Below are positions 9,644 through 18,800 of a stretch of 64,000 nt of DNA, piece by piece. Origin of the DNA: Pseudomonadota bacterium (GTDB taxonomy: Bacteria > Desulfobacterota > Desulfobacteria > Desulfobacterales > RPRI01); contig JBDRRF010000005.1 in the NCBI GenBank assembly GCA_043825875.1, forward strand, positions 1-64,000, given 5' to 3'. The position numbers and the translations under genes were made by a program. Each line of letters starts with the position of its first letter. Positions within the stretch are counted from its first letter, which is position 1. The notes under the pieces were generated by a model. It was not told where the DNA came from. It searched no databases and saw nothing but the letters and a program-made list of their open reading frames with translations.

Positions 9644-10858
9644 CTAAAATTCTGCTGTCATCCTTATGCCGCTGATCCACCCTTTAACATCATCGGCGCC
9701 GATTTTGTGGTTATCTTTTAAATACTGAAGATCGAGAGTTGTTGAAAATACCTCGTTAAGGCCTATCCGTAAGTAAGCTTCGACTACCTTGGAGTTTTCA
9801 ATTTCCTGATTACCGCCCTTTAAATAGGCGCCGCCGATGCCGGCATTGTCCTGTTCGCGGTTCCATAATTTGCCGCTGATATTAATTCCTCCTGAATACA
9901 GATCCTGAAAATGTACGATAGCTTTATCATCGCTCCATCCAAATCTGATCCATGCGCCCAGAATATTTCCGAGTTCCTGATCAAATGAAATGATACAGCC
10001 TTTTAACGCTTCCGTACCACTTCCGTCAGTATCGCTGAAATCGTCGCTTGTTGCATCAAGCATAATTCGGTAGTTCCCTTCGCCTAAAGGTGTTTCAATA
10101 GTATATCCAACCTGGGCGGCGTAAAATTGATAAGCTTTGCTCTCGTCGTTTTCACCTATCTGCATGATTACTCCTCTTAAGGAAAATTTGCCGATTTCCC
10201 ATTCCGCAGCGCCGCCGATGTCATATGAGGGAAGAAAAGAGTTTGGGCCATTGACCAGCGCCTCATTCATAAACTGGGTATATTCGCAATTTGCATATTT
10301 GTTATCATCCAGATAATCCGTGGCATCTATTATACCTCCGGTGATACCAAGAGTGTGATCTTTGCCAAAGTCAAATGTATGTTTGTACCATGCAGCAAGC
10401 AGATAATCACGGTTACGGCCGTTTATATCTCTTACATCATCTTCCAGAGATGCTGCCCATGGTGCCAGAGCAAATGAATGATCATTCGTATTAAGTCCGT
10501 TTCCAGCACCAAACCCAAACTTTAGAAAAACATCATCCGCGTTTGTTGGCTTAATAGATAACTCCAATTGAATGGGAACCGCTCCGCGGCCAAAATCTTT
10601 TGCGCCTGGCCTGTCTTTAGCGCTTTCATACTGGTAAGCGCCTGCTATTATGCCGTTTAGAGTCATTTTATCTGAAATTATACCCAGCTCAGACGACTCA
10701 TTTGTATCCTTGATTTTTTCAAGTTCCGCCAGCCTTTGTTTTATTTGTGTTATTTCTTTTTGTATAGCTGCATCTTTTATATTCTTATCATCAGCAAAAG
10801 CGCTTGCCGCAAACATTGTTATAAGCGCAATCATAATAATTCTTATGATATTTTTCAT
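9644..10858 (-). CDS. Outer-membrane porin (OprB-like) heading the Ni/Co operon
   Basis: Signal peptide, N-terminal coiled coil, amphipathic beta strands, C-terminal Phe; IDATDYLDDNKYANCEYTQFMN. Confidence 0.75.
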   Translation of the reverse strand: MKNIIRIIMIALITMFAASAFADDKNIKDAAIQKEITQIKQRLAELEKIKDTNESSELGIISDKMTLNGIIAGAYQYESAKDRPGAKDFGRGAVPIQLELSIKPTNADDVFLKFGFGAGNGLNTNDHSFALAPWAASLEDDVRDINGRNRDYLLAAWYKHTFDFGKDHTLGITGGIIDATDYLDDNKYANCEYTQFMNEALVNGPNSFLPSYDIGGAAEWEIGKFSLRGVIMQIGENDESKAYQFYAAQVGYTIETPLGEGNYRIMLDATSDDFSDTDGSGTEALKGCIISFDQELGNILGAWIRFGWSDDKAIVHFQDLYSGGINISGKLWNREQDNAGIGGAYLKGGNQEIENSKVVEAYLRIGLNEVFSTTLDLQYLKDNHKIGADDVKGWISGIRMTAEF

Positions 10859-10899
10859 CTTTATTTATCTCCTTTCCGTAATGTCCAATTCCAACTTCC

Positions 10900-10959
10900 A
10901 AAAAAAAAGCCACAAAGGTTTAACGCATCATATTTGATGCGATATGCCTTCATGGCCTT
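10900..10959 (-). terminator. Intrinsic terminator-like hairpin upstream of the porin start
   Basis: Minus strand GCCAUGAAGG...CGCAUCA-AAUA-UGAUGCG...CCUUUGUGGC followed by U9. Confidence 0.7.
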
Positions 10960-11088
10960 ATTAAATTTATTTAAACGAATTTTTTAAGGAAACTTCTGTT
11001 TCCTGATTTTTTTAATCTGTATTATAACAAAATATAAAAATCAATAAATAATTTACACTAAAAAACATATGATCTTTAAAAATATTTC

Positions 11089-11955
11089 TTATATGGTGGA
11101 ATCTTTACGTATAAGTAAATAGAAAACACTTATAATAAACCAGAGACAGGCAACAAGAATAATAGTAGCACCGGTTGCTGTGTTTGCCCAATCCTGCGCT
11201 GAAATTATCAGGCCTGCTATTGCTGATGTGATGCTGATAAGAAGCGCCCACCAGAACATGGCACCTGCCGAACGGGCAAAATTCCTGGCTGTAGCAGCAG
11301 GAACTATCATCATAGCTGTAACGAGAAGTACGCCAACCGCCCATACTGAAAACATGACAATTAAAGCAAGCAGCCCTGCGAAAATATACTGGTAGGTGGC
11401 TACGTGTATGTTGTGTGCTTTGGCCAGAGTAGGGTTTAGCCCTATATATAGCAGGCGGTTATAGCTAAATGCCTGGAAAATCATGAGTGTGATAAACAAA
11501 ATGAAAATGTATAAGATATCGTTATTTCCGATTGTTAAAATGTCACCGTATAAAAAGCTTTGCATATCGCGTGCTACAGAGCGATCCCTGCTTACCACAG
11601 CCAATCCGAATGCAATTACTGCCGAAAAGAATACTCCGATAATAGTATCGGAAGACAACATACTTTTCCTTTGAACAGCCATAATACCAAGACCAACCAG
11701 TACACCTAAAAGAGGCATGGTCCAGTGAGGATTAACAGAAAATATAAGCCCCAGCGCAACACCGGCAAAAGCCGAATGGCTGATGGCATCGGAGAAAAAA
11801 GCCATTCGGAAATTTACTACCTGGACACCCATAGCAGCGGCCATTGGTGCAAGTAGTACCAGTCCGACAAGAGCCTGCTGCATGAATCCGGCCTGAAGGC
11901 AGTCAAAGGGAAGAATCCTGGCAATGATTTGATAAATGGGTAAAAGATCAGGCAT
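11089..11955 (-). CDS. znuB: Zn/Mn ABC transporter permease (ZnuB-like)
   Basis: FFSDAISHSAFAGVALG, FLYGDIL, VGVLLVTAMMIVPAATA. Confidence 0.85.
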   Translation of the reverse strand: MPDLLPIYQIIARILPFDCLQAGFMQQALVGLVLLAPMAAAMGVQVVNFRMAFFSDAISHSAFAGVALGLIFSVNPHWTMPLLGVLVGLGIMAVQRKSMLSSDTIIGVFFSAVIAFGLAVVSRDRSVARDMQSFLYGDILTIGNNDILYIFILFITLMIFQAFSYNRLLYIGLNPTLAKAHNIHVATYQYIFAGLLALIVMFSVWAVGVLLVTAMMIVPAATARNFARSAGAMFWWALLISITSAIAGLIISAQDWANTATGATIILVACLWFIISVFYLLIRKDSTI

Positions 11956-12763
11956 TTTGATCCTTATTGCAGCATGGCCCGGAGCAGATAGTGCTGCCGT
12001 CCGGCATGGAATTTGAATCTACCATTCCCATATGCATACCGAAAATAGCAGTAAGTGTTTCACTGGTCAATGCATGCTGCGGTGGGCCTTGTGCGGCAAC
12101 CTTATGATTGAGACAAATAACATGGCTGGCATGATGTGTTACTGTGGCAAGATCATGGCTGACCATAAGCTGTGTAAAGCCCTTTGCCTTACGAAGTCCG
12201 TCAAGAAGTTCACAAAATATATATTCTCCCTGAAAATCCACGCCCGAAGCCGGTTCATCCAGCACCAGCAGCTCGGGTTCCTGTTGCAGAGCCAAAGCCA
12301 GAAGCACCCGTTGCATTTCGCCACCGGAAAGGGCGCCGAGTTTGCGTTTGGCCAGATGTTCAGACTTTACAGAGGCAAGATATTCAAGAGATTGGTTTTT
12401 TAAGTCATTTTGAACACCGAACCAGAGTGGTTTTCTCTGGATTCCCATTGCAAGAAATTCTACTACAGTGACGGGTATTCCGCGATCAAAAGCGAACCGT
12501 TGGGGGACGTAGCCGATTTTTGAACAACTTCCATTTATATTGCATGTTGTATGTATAAAACCCTTATATGCTACTTCACCTAAAAGGGCTAAGAGCATCG
12601 TTGTTTTACCTGCGCCGTTAGGACCAATAATAGCGGTGCAGCCGCCCCGCGGAACAGCAGCAGTTACATTGTCAAGAATCGATATGCCACCGCGTTCGAC
12701 AGTTACATTTTCGAATGAGACTGCCGTATCAGCGGATTTTTCGACTGTTTTTAATTTATTCAT
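11948..12763 (-). CDS. znuC: Zn/Mn ABC transporter ATPase (ZnuC-like)
   Basis: GPNGAGKT, IGYVPQR, LSGGEMQR, VSHDL; start uncertain (12763 or 12778). Confidence 0.85.
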   Translation of the reverse strand: MNKLKTVEKSADTAVSFENVTVERGGISILDNVTAAVPRGGCTAIIGPNGAGKTTMLLALLGEVAYKGFIHTTCNINGSCSKIGYVPQRFAFDRGIPVTVVEFLAMGIQRKPLWFGVQNDLKNQSLEYLASVKSEHLAKRKLGALSGGEMQRVLLALALQQEPELLVLDEPASGVDFQGEYIFCELLDGLRKAKGFTQLMVSHDLATVTHHASHVICLNHKVAAQGPPQHALTSETLTAIFGMHMGMVDSNSMPDGSTICSGPCCNKDQNA

Positions 12764-13676
12764 CAAGTGTTTTTTCAAGAATCTTTATATTTTTTCGCAT
12801 GACTGTTTCATAATAATCCAGCGATGCGTTTTTTGGGCCGGTTGCAACCGGGTCTAAAATTTTGGTAACAATACCGGCTTCTGTGGCTATGACATGGCCG
12901 ATTTTTTGAGGATATTGAGGTTCGGTGAAAATCGCTTTTGCGTTTTCATTCCGAATGGTTTTTATGATTTTGAGAATTTCCGCCGCTGAAGGCTCCTGGC
13001 CGTCGTACTCGTGAAGCACAGCAACAATCTTAAGCCCAATATCCCTGGCAAGATAATCAAATACGCTATGCTGTGTTACTATGTGTTTGTTCTTAAGGCG
13101 CTTTCCAAGGGCCGAAAATTCGTCAGCGAGTTTATTCATTTTGTTTTCATAAATGCGGGCATTTTTCAGATAGATTCCTGCTCCGGCAGGGTCTATCATG
13201 GAAAGGCCATTTGCTATGTTTTTTGCCAAGAGAGCTGTCATACGGGGGCTGGCAAAAAGATGCGGATTTGTTCTGAAATGATGATGATCTGCATTGTCAG
13301 AATGTTGAAGAATATCTTTGATTCCACTGGAGCTGTCAATGGTTTTTAATGATAAATTAAATTTTTCAAGTGGTGCGCCAAGAAACTCCTCCATGCCAAG
13401 ACCGTTTATAATCAGTACGTCAGCTTCCACAAGTTTTTTCATATCCTGTGGTGCAAGAGCATAATCATGCGGACAGCCAACCTGAGCCGGAATCAGCAGA
13501 TCTACATTCATATTGTTTTTGCCGTGAATAATATTTAGAGTGATCAGGCGGATCGGAAAAGTAGAAGTCAATATATTAAATTTTTTATCAACCGCTTGTG
13601 CATTTGATAAAAATCCGGAAAAAGTAATACAATAACAAAGTATTGTCATATATAACAAAATGAATCTTTTGTTCAT
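12756..13676 (-). CDS. znuA: Zn/Mn ABC transporter substrate-binding protein (ZnuA-like)
   Basis: CPHDY, NGLGME, NPHLF, QHSVFDYLA; the MNKRF start at 13676 gives a signal peptide. Confidence 0.85.
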   Translation of the reverse strand: MNKRFILLYMTILCYCITFSGFLSNAQAVDKKFNILTSTFPIRLITLNIIHGKNNMNVDLLIPAQVGCPHDYALAPQDMKKLVEADVLIINGLGMEEFLGAPLEKFNLSLKTIDSSSGIKDILQHSDNADHHHFRTNPHLFASPRMTALLAKNIANGLSMIDPAGAGIYLKNARIYENKMNKLADEFSALGKRLKNKHIVTQHSVFDYLARDIGLKIVAVLHEYDGQEPSAAEILKIIKTIRNENAKAIFTEPQYPQKIGHVIATEAGIVTKILDPVATGPKNASLDYYETVMRKNIKILEKTLDE

Positions 13677-13774
13677 AACAAATAAGATCGCCTCTGATTT
13701 TGTTTCTGCAATAGTGAGAGAGTTTTGCATGGCTTTGGATAGGGTGTTATTAAACAATGCTCAACGCTCCCTAT

Positions 13775-13851
13775 CTCTGCGAATGCATTTGCATTAATGA
13801 TAGATTTTTTCTTCTTTCAAGTCAACATGTAATGCAAATATATTTGCATTA
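13775..13851. promoter_or_regulatory. Two palindromic operators (probable Zur/Fur-family boxes) flanking the znuA promoter
   Basis: Perfect 22-bp palindrome TAATGCAAATATATTTGCATTA (13830-13851) and a variant TGCGAATGCATTTGCA (13778-13793); minus-strand TTGACT-17-TATCAT at 13825-13797 lies between them. Confidence 0.75.
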
Positions 13852-13892
13852 AAGCAGATAATCGTATATATAATTTTAAAAAAGAGGTATTA

Positions 13893-14267
13893 ATGATAAA
13901 GAGAAAAACATCGCAAAGAGATGCAATCGAACAGGTTTTTAGAACTGAAAACAGACCATTGGGTGTTGAGGAGGTTCTGAAATCAGGCCGTAAGATTGTT
14001 AAATCTTTAAATCAGGCCACAGTCTATCGTAACCTTAAGCTATTGGTCGAAAATGGGTGGCTTAAACCTGTCAGTCACCCGGTGCTTGGAATATTGTATG
14101 AGCAAACCGGCAGGGAACACCACCATCACTTTTATTGCCGTATTTGTGACCGAGTTTTTGATCTTCCCGGATGTTTGCTAAGTGACATTAAAGCAGCTCC
14201 TGAAGGATTTGTGATGGAAAAACACGAGATTTTTCTTTCCGGAACATGTCCATCATGCACAGAATAG
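13893..14267 (+). CDS. Fur-family regulator, probably Zur
   Basis: [21 protein letters not shown]-terminal CPSC; divergent from znuABC. Confidence 0.88.
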   Translation: MIKRKTSQRDAIEQVFRTENRPLGVEEVLKSGRKIVKSLNQATVYRNLKLLVENGWLKPVSHPVLGILYEQTGREHHHHFYCRICDRVFDLPGCLLSDIKAAPEGFVMEKHEIFLSGTCPSCTE

Positions 14268-14393
14268 TATTTGCTAATTGCCGGTTTCAAAAAATCATGC
14301 TATACATCTTTTCAACAATTATTTATCCGGTGGTCATACTTTGAGAAACTTCTAACGGAAGTATTATAATAATATAAAAAGGCAGTTAATTTT

Positions 14394-15713
14394 ATGAATC
14401 CTATAGCAAAACAGCTTAATCAGACTATTGAAAATGAGAATCCAAATTTACTCGATATGTTATCTTCTATCGGAAAGAACCTTTTTTTCCCGAAAGGCAT
14501 ATTGAGTCAGAGCGCCGAAGCAAAACAAAAAGCGTACAAGCTGAATGCAACTATAGGAATCGCAAAAGAAAGCGGTAAAACGATGTATTTTCCTTCCGTT
14601 ATGTCTTTGATAGACGGTATTGAGGCGGAAGATGCTTTGACTTATGCCCCGTCATTCGGAATTCCGGAATTAAGAAAAGTGTGGCAGGACTCTATTTATG
14701 AAAAAAACCCTTCCCTTTACGGCAAAAAAATAAGCCTGCCTGTTGTTACCTGCGGTATTACGCATGCGATCAGTGTGGTTGCCGATGTATTGATTGATCC
14801 TGATGATGTTGTTATTTTGCCGGACATGATGTGGGGTAACTATAATATGATTTTAAATGTCAGGAAAGGGGCAAGGATAAGCAATTATCCGATCTTTACA
14901 CAAAATGGTGAATACAATCTTAGTGCATTTGAAAAATTAATTAACACTGAAGCCAAGAAGCATAAAAAAATAACAGTGCTTCTCAATTTTCCGCATAATC
15001 CCACAGGTTATACTGTTTCGGAAAAAGAGGGAGATGGTATTGCTGATATTTTGCTTAACGCCGCTACAAAAGGTACCAATATAGTTACCATATGTGATGA
15101 CTCATATTTTGGGCTGTTTTATGATGATAAAACTTTAAAAGAATCTGTTTTTACCCGTATTTGTGACAGATCTCCCAACATATTGGCAGTAAAGGTTGAC
15201 GGAGCCACCAAGGAAAATTATGTATGGGGTTTAAGGATCGGTTTTATTACTTATGGTTGTAAAATCGATGGTGAAGCCGAAAAAATATATGATGCACTTG
15301 AAAAAAAGACAGCAGGATGCATAAGGGGTAATATTTCCAATGCTTCTCACTTAAGCCAGACCATAGTTTTAAAATCGATGAAAGATGAAAACTATGCTGA
15401 TGAAAAAAAACAGAAGTTTGATATCTTGCAAAGAAGAGCAAATAAGGTTAAGGAAGTATTATTAAATCCAAAATATAAAGATGTCTGGGACGTTTATCCT
15501 TTTAATTCCGGATATTTTATGTGTATAAAATTACATGGTCTCGATGCTGAGACTTTAAGGTTGCATCTTCTTGATAAATACGGCGTGGGACTTATTTCAT
15601 TTGGGAAGAGTGATCTTCGAATTGCATTTTCCTGTCTCGAAGAAATGGATATACAGGAACTTTTTGATATTATATTTCAAGGTGCCCAGGACATTAAAGG
15701 TTGCATAACATAA
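14394..15713 (+). CDS. PLP-dependent class I/II aminotransferase
   Basis: LNATIG, NFPHNPTGY, DDSY, DGATKE...WGLRIGF, LRIAFS. Confidence 0.88.
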   Translation: MNPIAKQLNQTIENENPNLLDMLSSIGKNLFFPKGILSQSAEAKQKAYKLNATIGIAKESGKTMYFPSVMSLIDGIEAEDALTYAPSFGIPELRKVWQDSIYEKNPSLYGKKISLPVVTCGITHAISVVADVLIDPDDVVILPDMMWGNYNMILNVRKGARISNYPIFTQNGEYNLSAFEKLINTEAKKHKKITVLLNFPHNPTGYTVSEKEGDGIADILLNAATKGTNIVTICDDSYFGLFYDDKTLKESVFTRICDRSPNILAVKVDGATKENYVWGLRIGFITYGCKIDGEAEKIYDALEKKTAGCIRGNISNASHLSQTIVLKSMKDENYADEKKQKFDILQRRANKVKEVLLNPKYKDVWDVYPFNSGYFMCIKLHGLDAETLRLHLLDKYGVGLISFGKSDLRIAFSCLEEMDIQELFDIIFQGAQDIKGCIT

Positions 15714-15859
15714 TTTCAATGGTTTCAGTGCCAGTTTGATTACCCATATTTTTTTGCTTAAAACATACTATTAAAGTTAGATGTTACTCTTAAAACACGG
15801 TCAAATTGTTTCATAACATAAAAAGACCGTCTCCATAATTCCACTCTTATCATATTGAG

Positions 15860-18800
15860 GTGATCGGTATGTATATGCAGTCCGGCAAGGAGAAGTATCA
15901 GGCAAAGAAGATCAGATCTCTTGGCTTGTGCCTCGGTGCATCAACAATTTCTGCGGTTGGAGTTGAGTTTGTGCAGTGTGCTGAAAGTACTGCACCTGAT
16001 ACTTTCATAAAATCTGAGATTACAGATTATATAACACTTCCCCATGAGGGTAATCCAAGACAAACTCTTCTTTCCGTATTTGAAAGGTTAGGCAGTTCTT
16101 TTGACAGAATATGCTCGACCGGCCGCAGATTCCATAAGCTTTTGAACCTATCGAAGATTTCCGAACCGGAAGCAGTAGAATATGCCTATCGTTATGTAAA
16201 ACCGCCAGAAATAGAATGTTCTGCAATTGTTTCTGCAGGCGGTGAAAGCTTTATGATATATGTATTAAACCGTGAAGGAAGGATTTCAAATGTAATTACC
16301 GGTAATAAGTGCGCTTCAGGAACAGGAGAGTTTTTTTTGCAGCAGCTTAGAAGAATGAATGTTTCGGTTGAAGAAGCAGCCGGTTTTGCAGAATCTGAAG
16401 ATCCTTATCATGTTTCCGGCCGCTGCTCTGTTTTCTGTAAATCAGACTGTACCCATGCTACTAATAAAGGGATTCCCAAATCAAAAGTTACTTCCGGATT
16501 GTGCAAGATGATGGCAAGCAAGATTCTGGAACTTTTGAAAAAAGTAAAAAAAGAAAACATAATGATAACCGGTGGAACTGCTCAAAACAAAATGATGATT
16601 GATTTTTTGCGCAAAGAGATTTCCGGTCTTATCATTCCTAAAGAGGCTCCTTATTTTGAAGCTCTGGGTGCTGCCCTATGGGGTCTTGAACACGAGACGA
16701 TTTCTTTTGCAGGTGCTGACTCTTTATTTAAGAGTGAATTAACTTCTTTTGAAATACTATCTCCGTTAAATGATATTAAAGATCTGGTTGAATTCAAGAG
16801 CATGCCAAAATGTGATGTTAAAGCAGGCGATATATGCACTTTAGGTCTTGATGTGGGATCTACCACAACAAAAGCAGTACTTCTGAGAAACAGTGATGAT
16901 TCAATTCTTGAATCGGTTTATCTAAGAACAAGCGGAGATCCGGTTGGCGCATCCAGAAAGTGTTATGATTATATCTTAAAAGCTGTTTCTGAAAAAACGC
17001 CGCTTTCCGGTATAACAATAGAAGGGCTTGGCGTATGTGGTTCTGGACGTCAGATAGCCGGTCTTCATGCCTTAACAGATGGTATAATAAACGAAATTAT
17101 TGCTCATGCAACAGCAGCTGTTTATTTTGATCCAAAAGTAGATACAATCTTTGAGATAGGGGGCCAGGATGCAAAATATACATACATTGTAAATTCGGTT
17201 CCATCGGATTACGCAATGAATGAAGCCTGTTCTGCCGGAACGGGTTCTTTCCTGGAGGAATCTGCGTTTGAAACACTTGGAATAAAAATGGAGGATATAT
17301 CAGATATTGCATTAAGGGGAGCAATGCCGCCGAATTTCAATGATCAGTGTGCAGCATTTATCTCTTCAGATATAAAAAACGCCATACATGAAGGGTTGAA
17401 GCAGGAAGATATAGTTGCAGGTCTTGTATATTCCATTTGTATGAATTATTCAAACAGAGTTAAGGGAAACCGGCCTGTAGGGGGCAAAGTATTCATGCAG
17501 GGAGGAGTATGCTACAATCATGCTGTACCTCTTGCTATGGCGGCTTTAACAGGCAAATCAATAATTGTACCTCCTGAACCCGGGCTTATGGGAGCATTCG
17601 GGGCGGCACTTGAGATCAAGAAAAGGATAGAGAAAGGTTTATTGGAAAAGAAATACTTTGATCTTGAAGTACTGGCAGGCCGTGAGGTTAATTATGGAAA
17701 GCCGTTTACATGTCATGGAGTAAAAAATGATTGTGATCGCCGTTGTAATATTGCAATCATTGAACTTGAAAATAATAAATACCCTTTTGGAGGGGCATGC
17801 AATCATTATTATAATCTTCGTAACAAGATAAAAAGCAGTGATGAAAACCTTGATTTTGTGCGTATCCGTCAGAAGCTTGTTTTTGAAAAATACGCTGCAT
17901 CAAGGCAGAACATACCGGCAGGCGGATTCAAAGGCCGAGTGGGTATTAACAGAAGCTTTCTTGTAAATACATACTATCCTTTATATTCAAATTTTTTCGC
18001 AGAGCTTGGGTTCGAAACCGTATTGCCGGATGATCCTTCTCAGGAAGGAATCGATCATAAAGGCGCTGCTTTTTGTTATCCGGTTGAGCTTGCTCATGGA
18101 TTTTTCTGGTCTATGATTTCAGTAGAAGATATTCCTGAGTATATATTTCTGCCGCATTTTAAAGCTGTTCCTGCTTTAAACGGAAATCAAAATTCACAGG
18201 TTTGCCCTGTTGTTCAGGGAGAAACATTTTATCTCCAGACCGCTTTTAAGGACAGACTTGATTATATTAAAAAGAAAGGCACAAAAATAATCAAACCCCT
18301 TATTGATCTTAGTAAAGGAATTGAATCTGCAAAAAGGCCTCTTTTTGAAACGGCAAAGAAAATGGGCTTTGGTAAAAAAGCTGCACAAAAAGCTTTTGCC
18401 GCAGCGTTATATGCGCAGGAAAAATGTTTTGAAGAGATGAAATCTATCGGGAATCAGGCATTAAAAGAACTCGAAAAAGATCCAAATAAATTTGGTGTAG
18501 TAATTTTTGGCAGACCTTACAACGGGTTTTGTGAAGAAGCCCATATGGGGATACCCCGAAAATTAGCCTCAAGAGGTATCCTGGTGCTGCCTTTCGATTT
18601 CCTTGATTTTAACGATGAAAAGAGCAGACCTAATATGTACTGGGGTATTGGAGAGATGCTGATCAAAGCGGGAAATTTTGTAAAAAGTCATCCACAGCTG
18701 TTTGGAACTTTTATAACCAATTTTTCCTGTGGCCCTGATTCTTTTCTTATCGGGTATTTCAGAGATATTATGGGATTAAAGCCGTCTTTAACCCTTGAGC

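Noticed and set aside
11019..11046. NikR-like operator GTATTA-N16-TCAATA
   Set aside because: The right half-site is poor and the region is very AT-rich.
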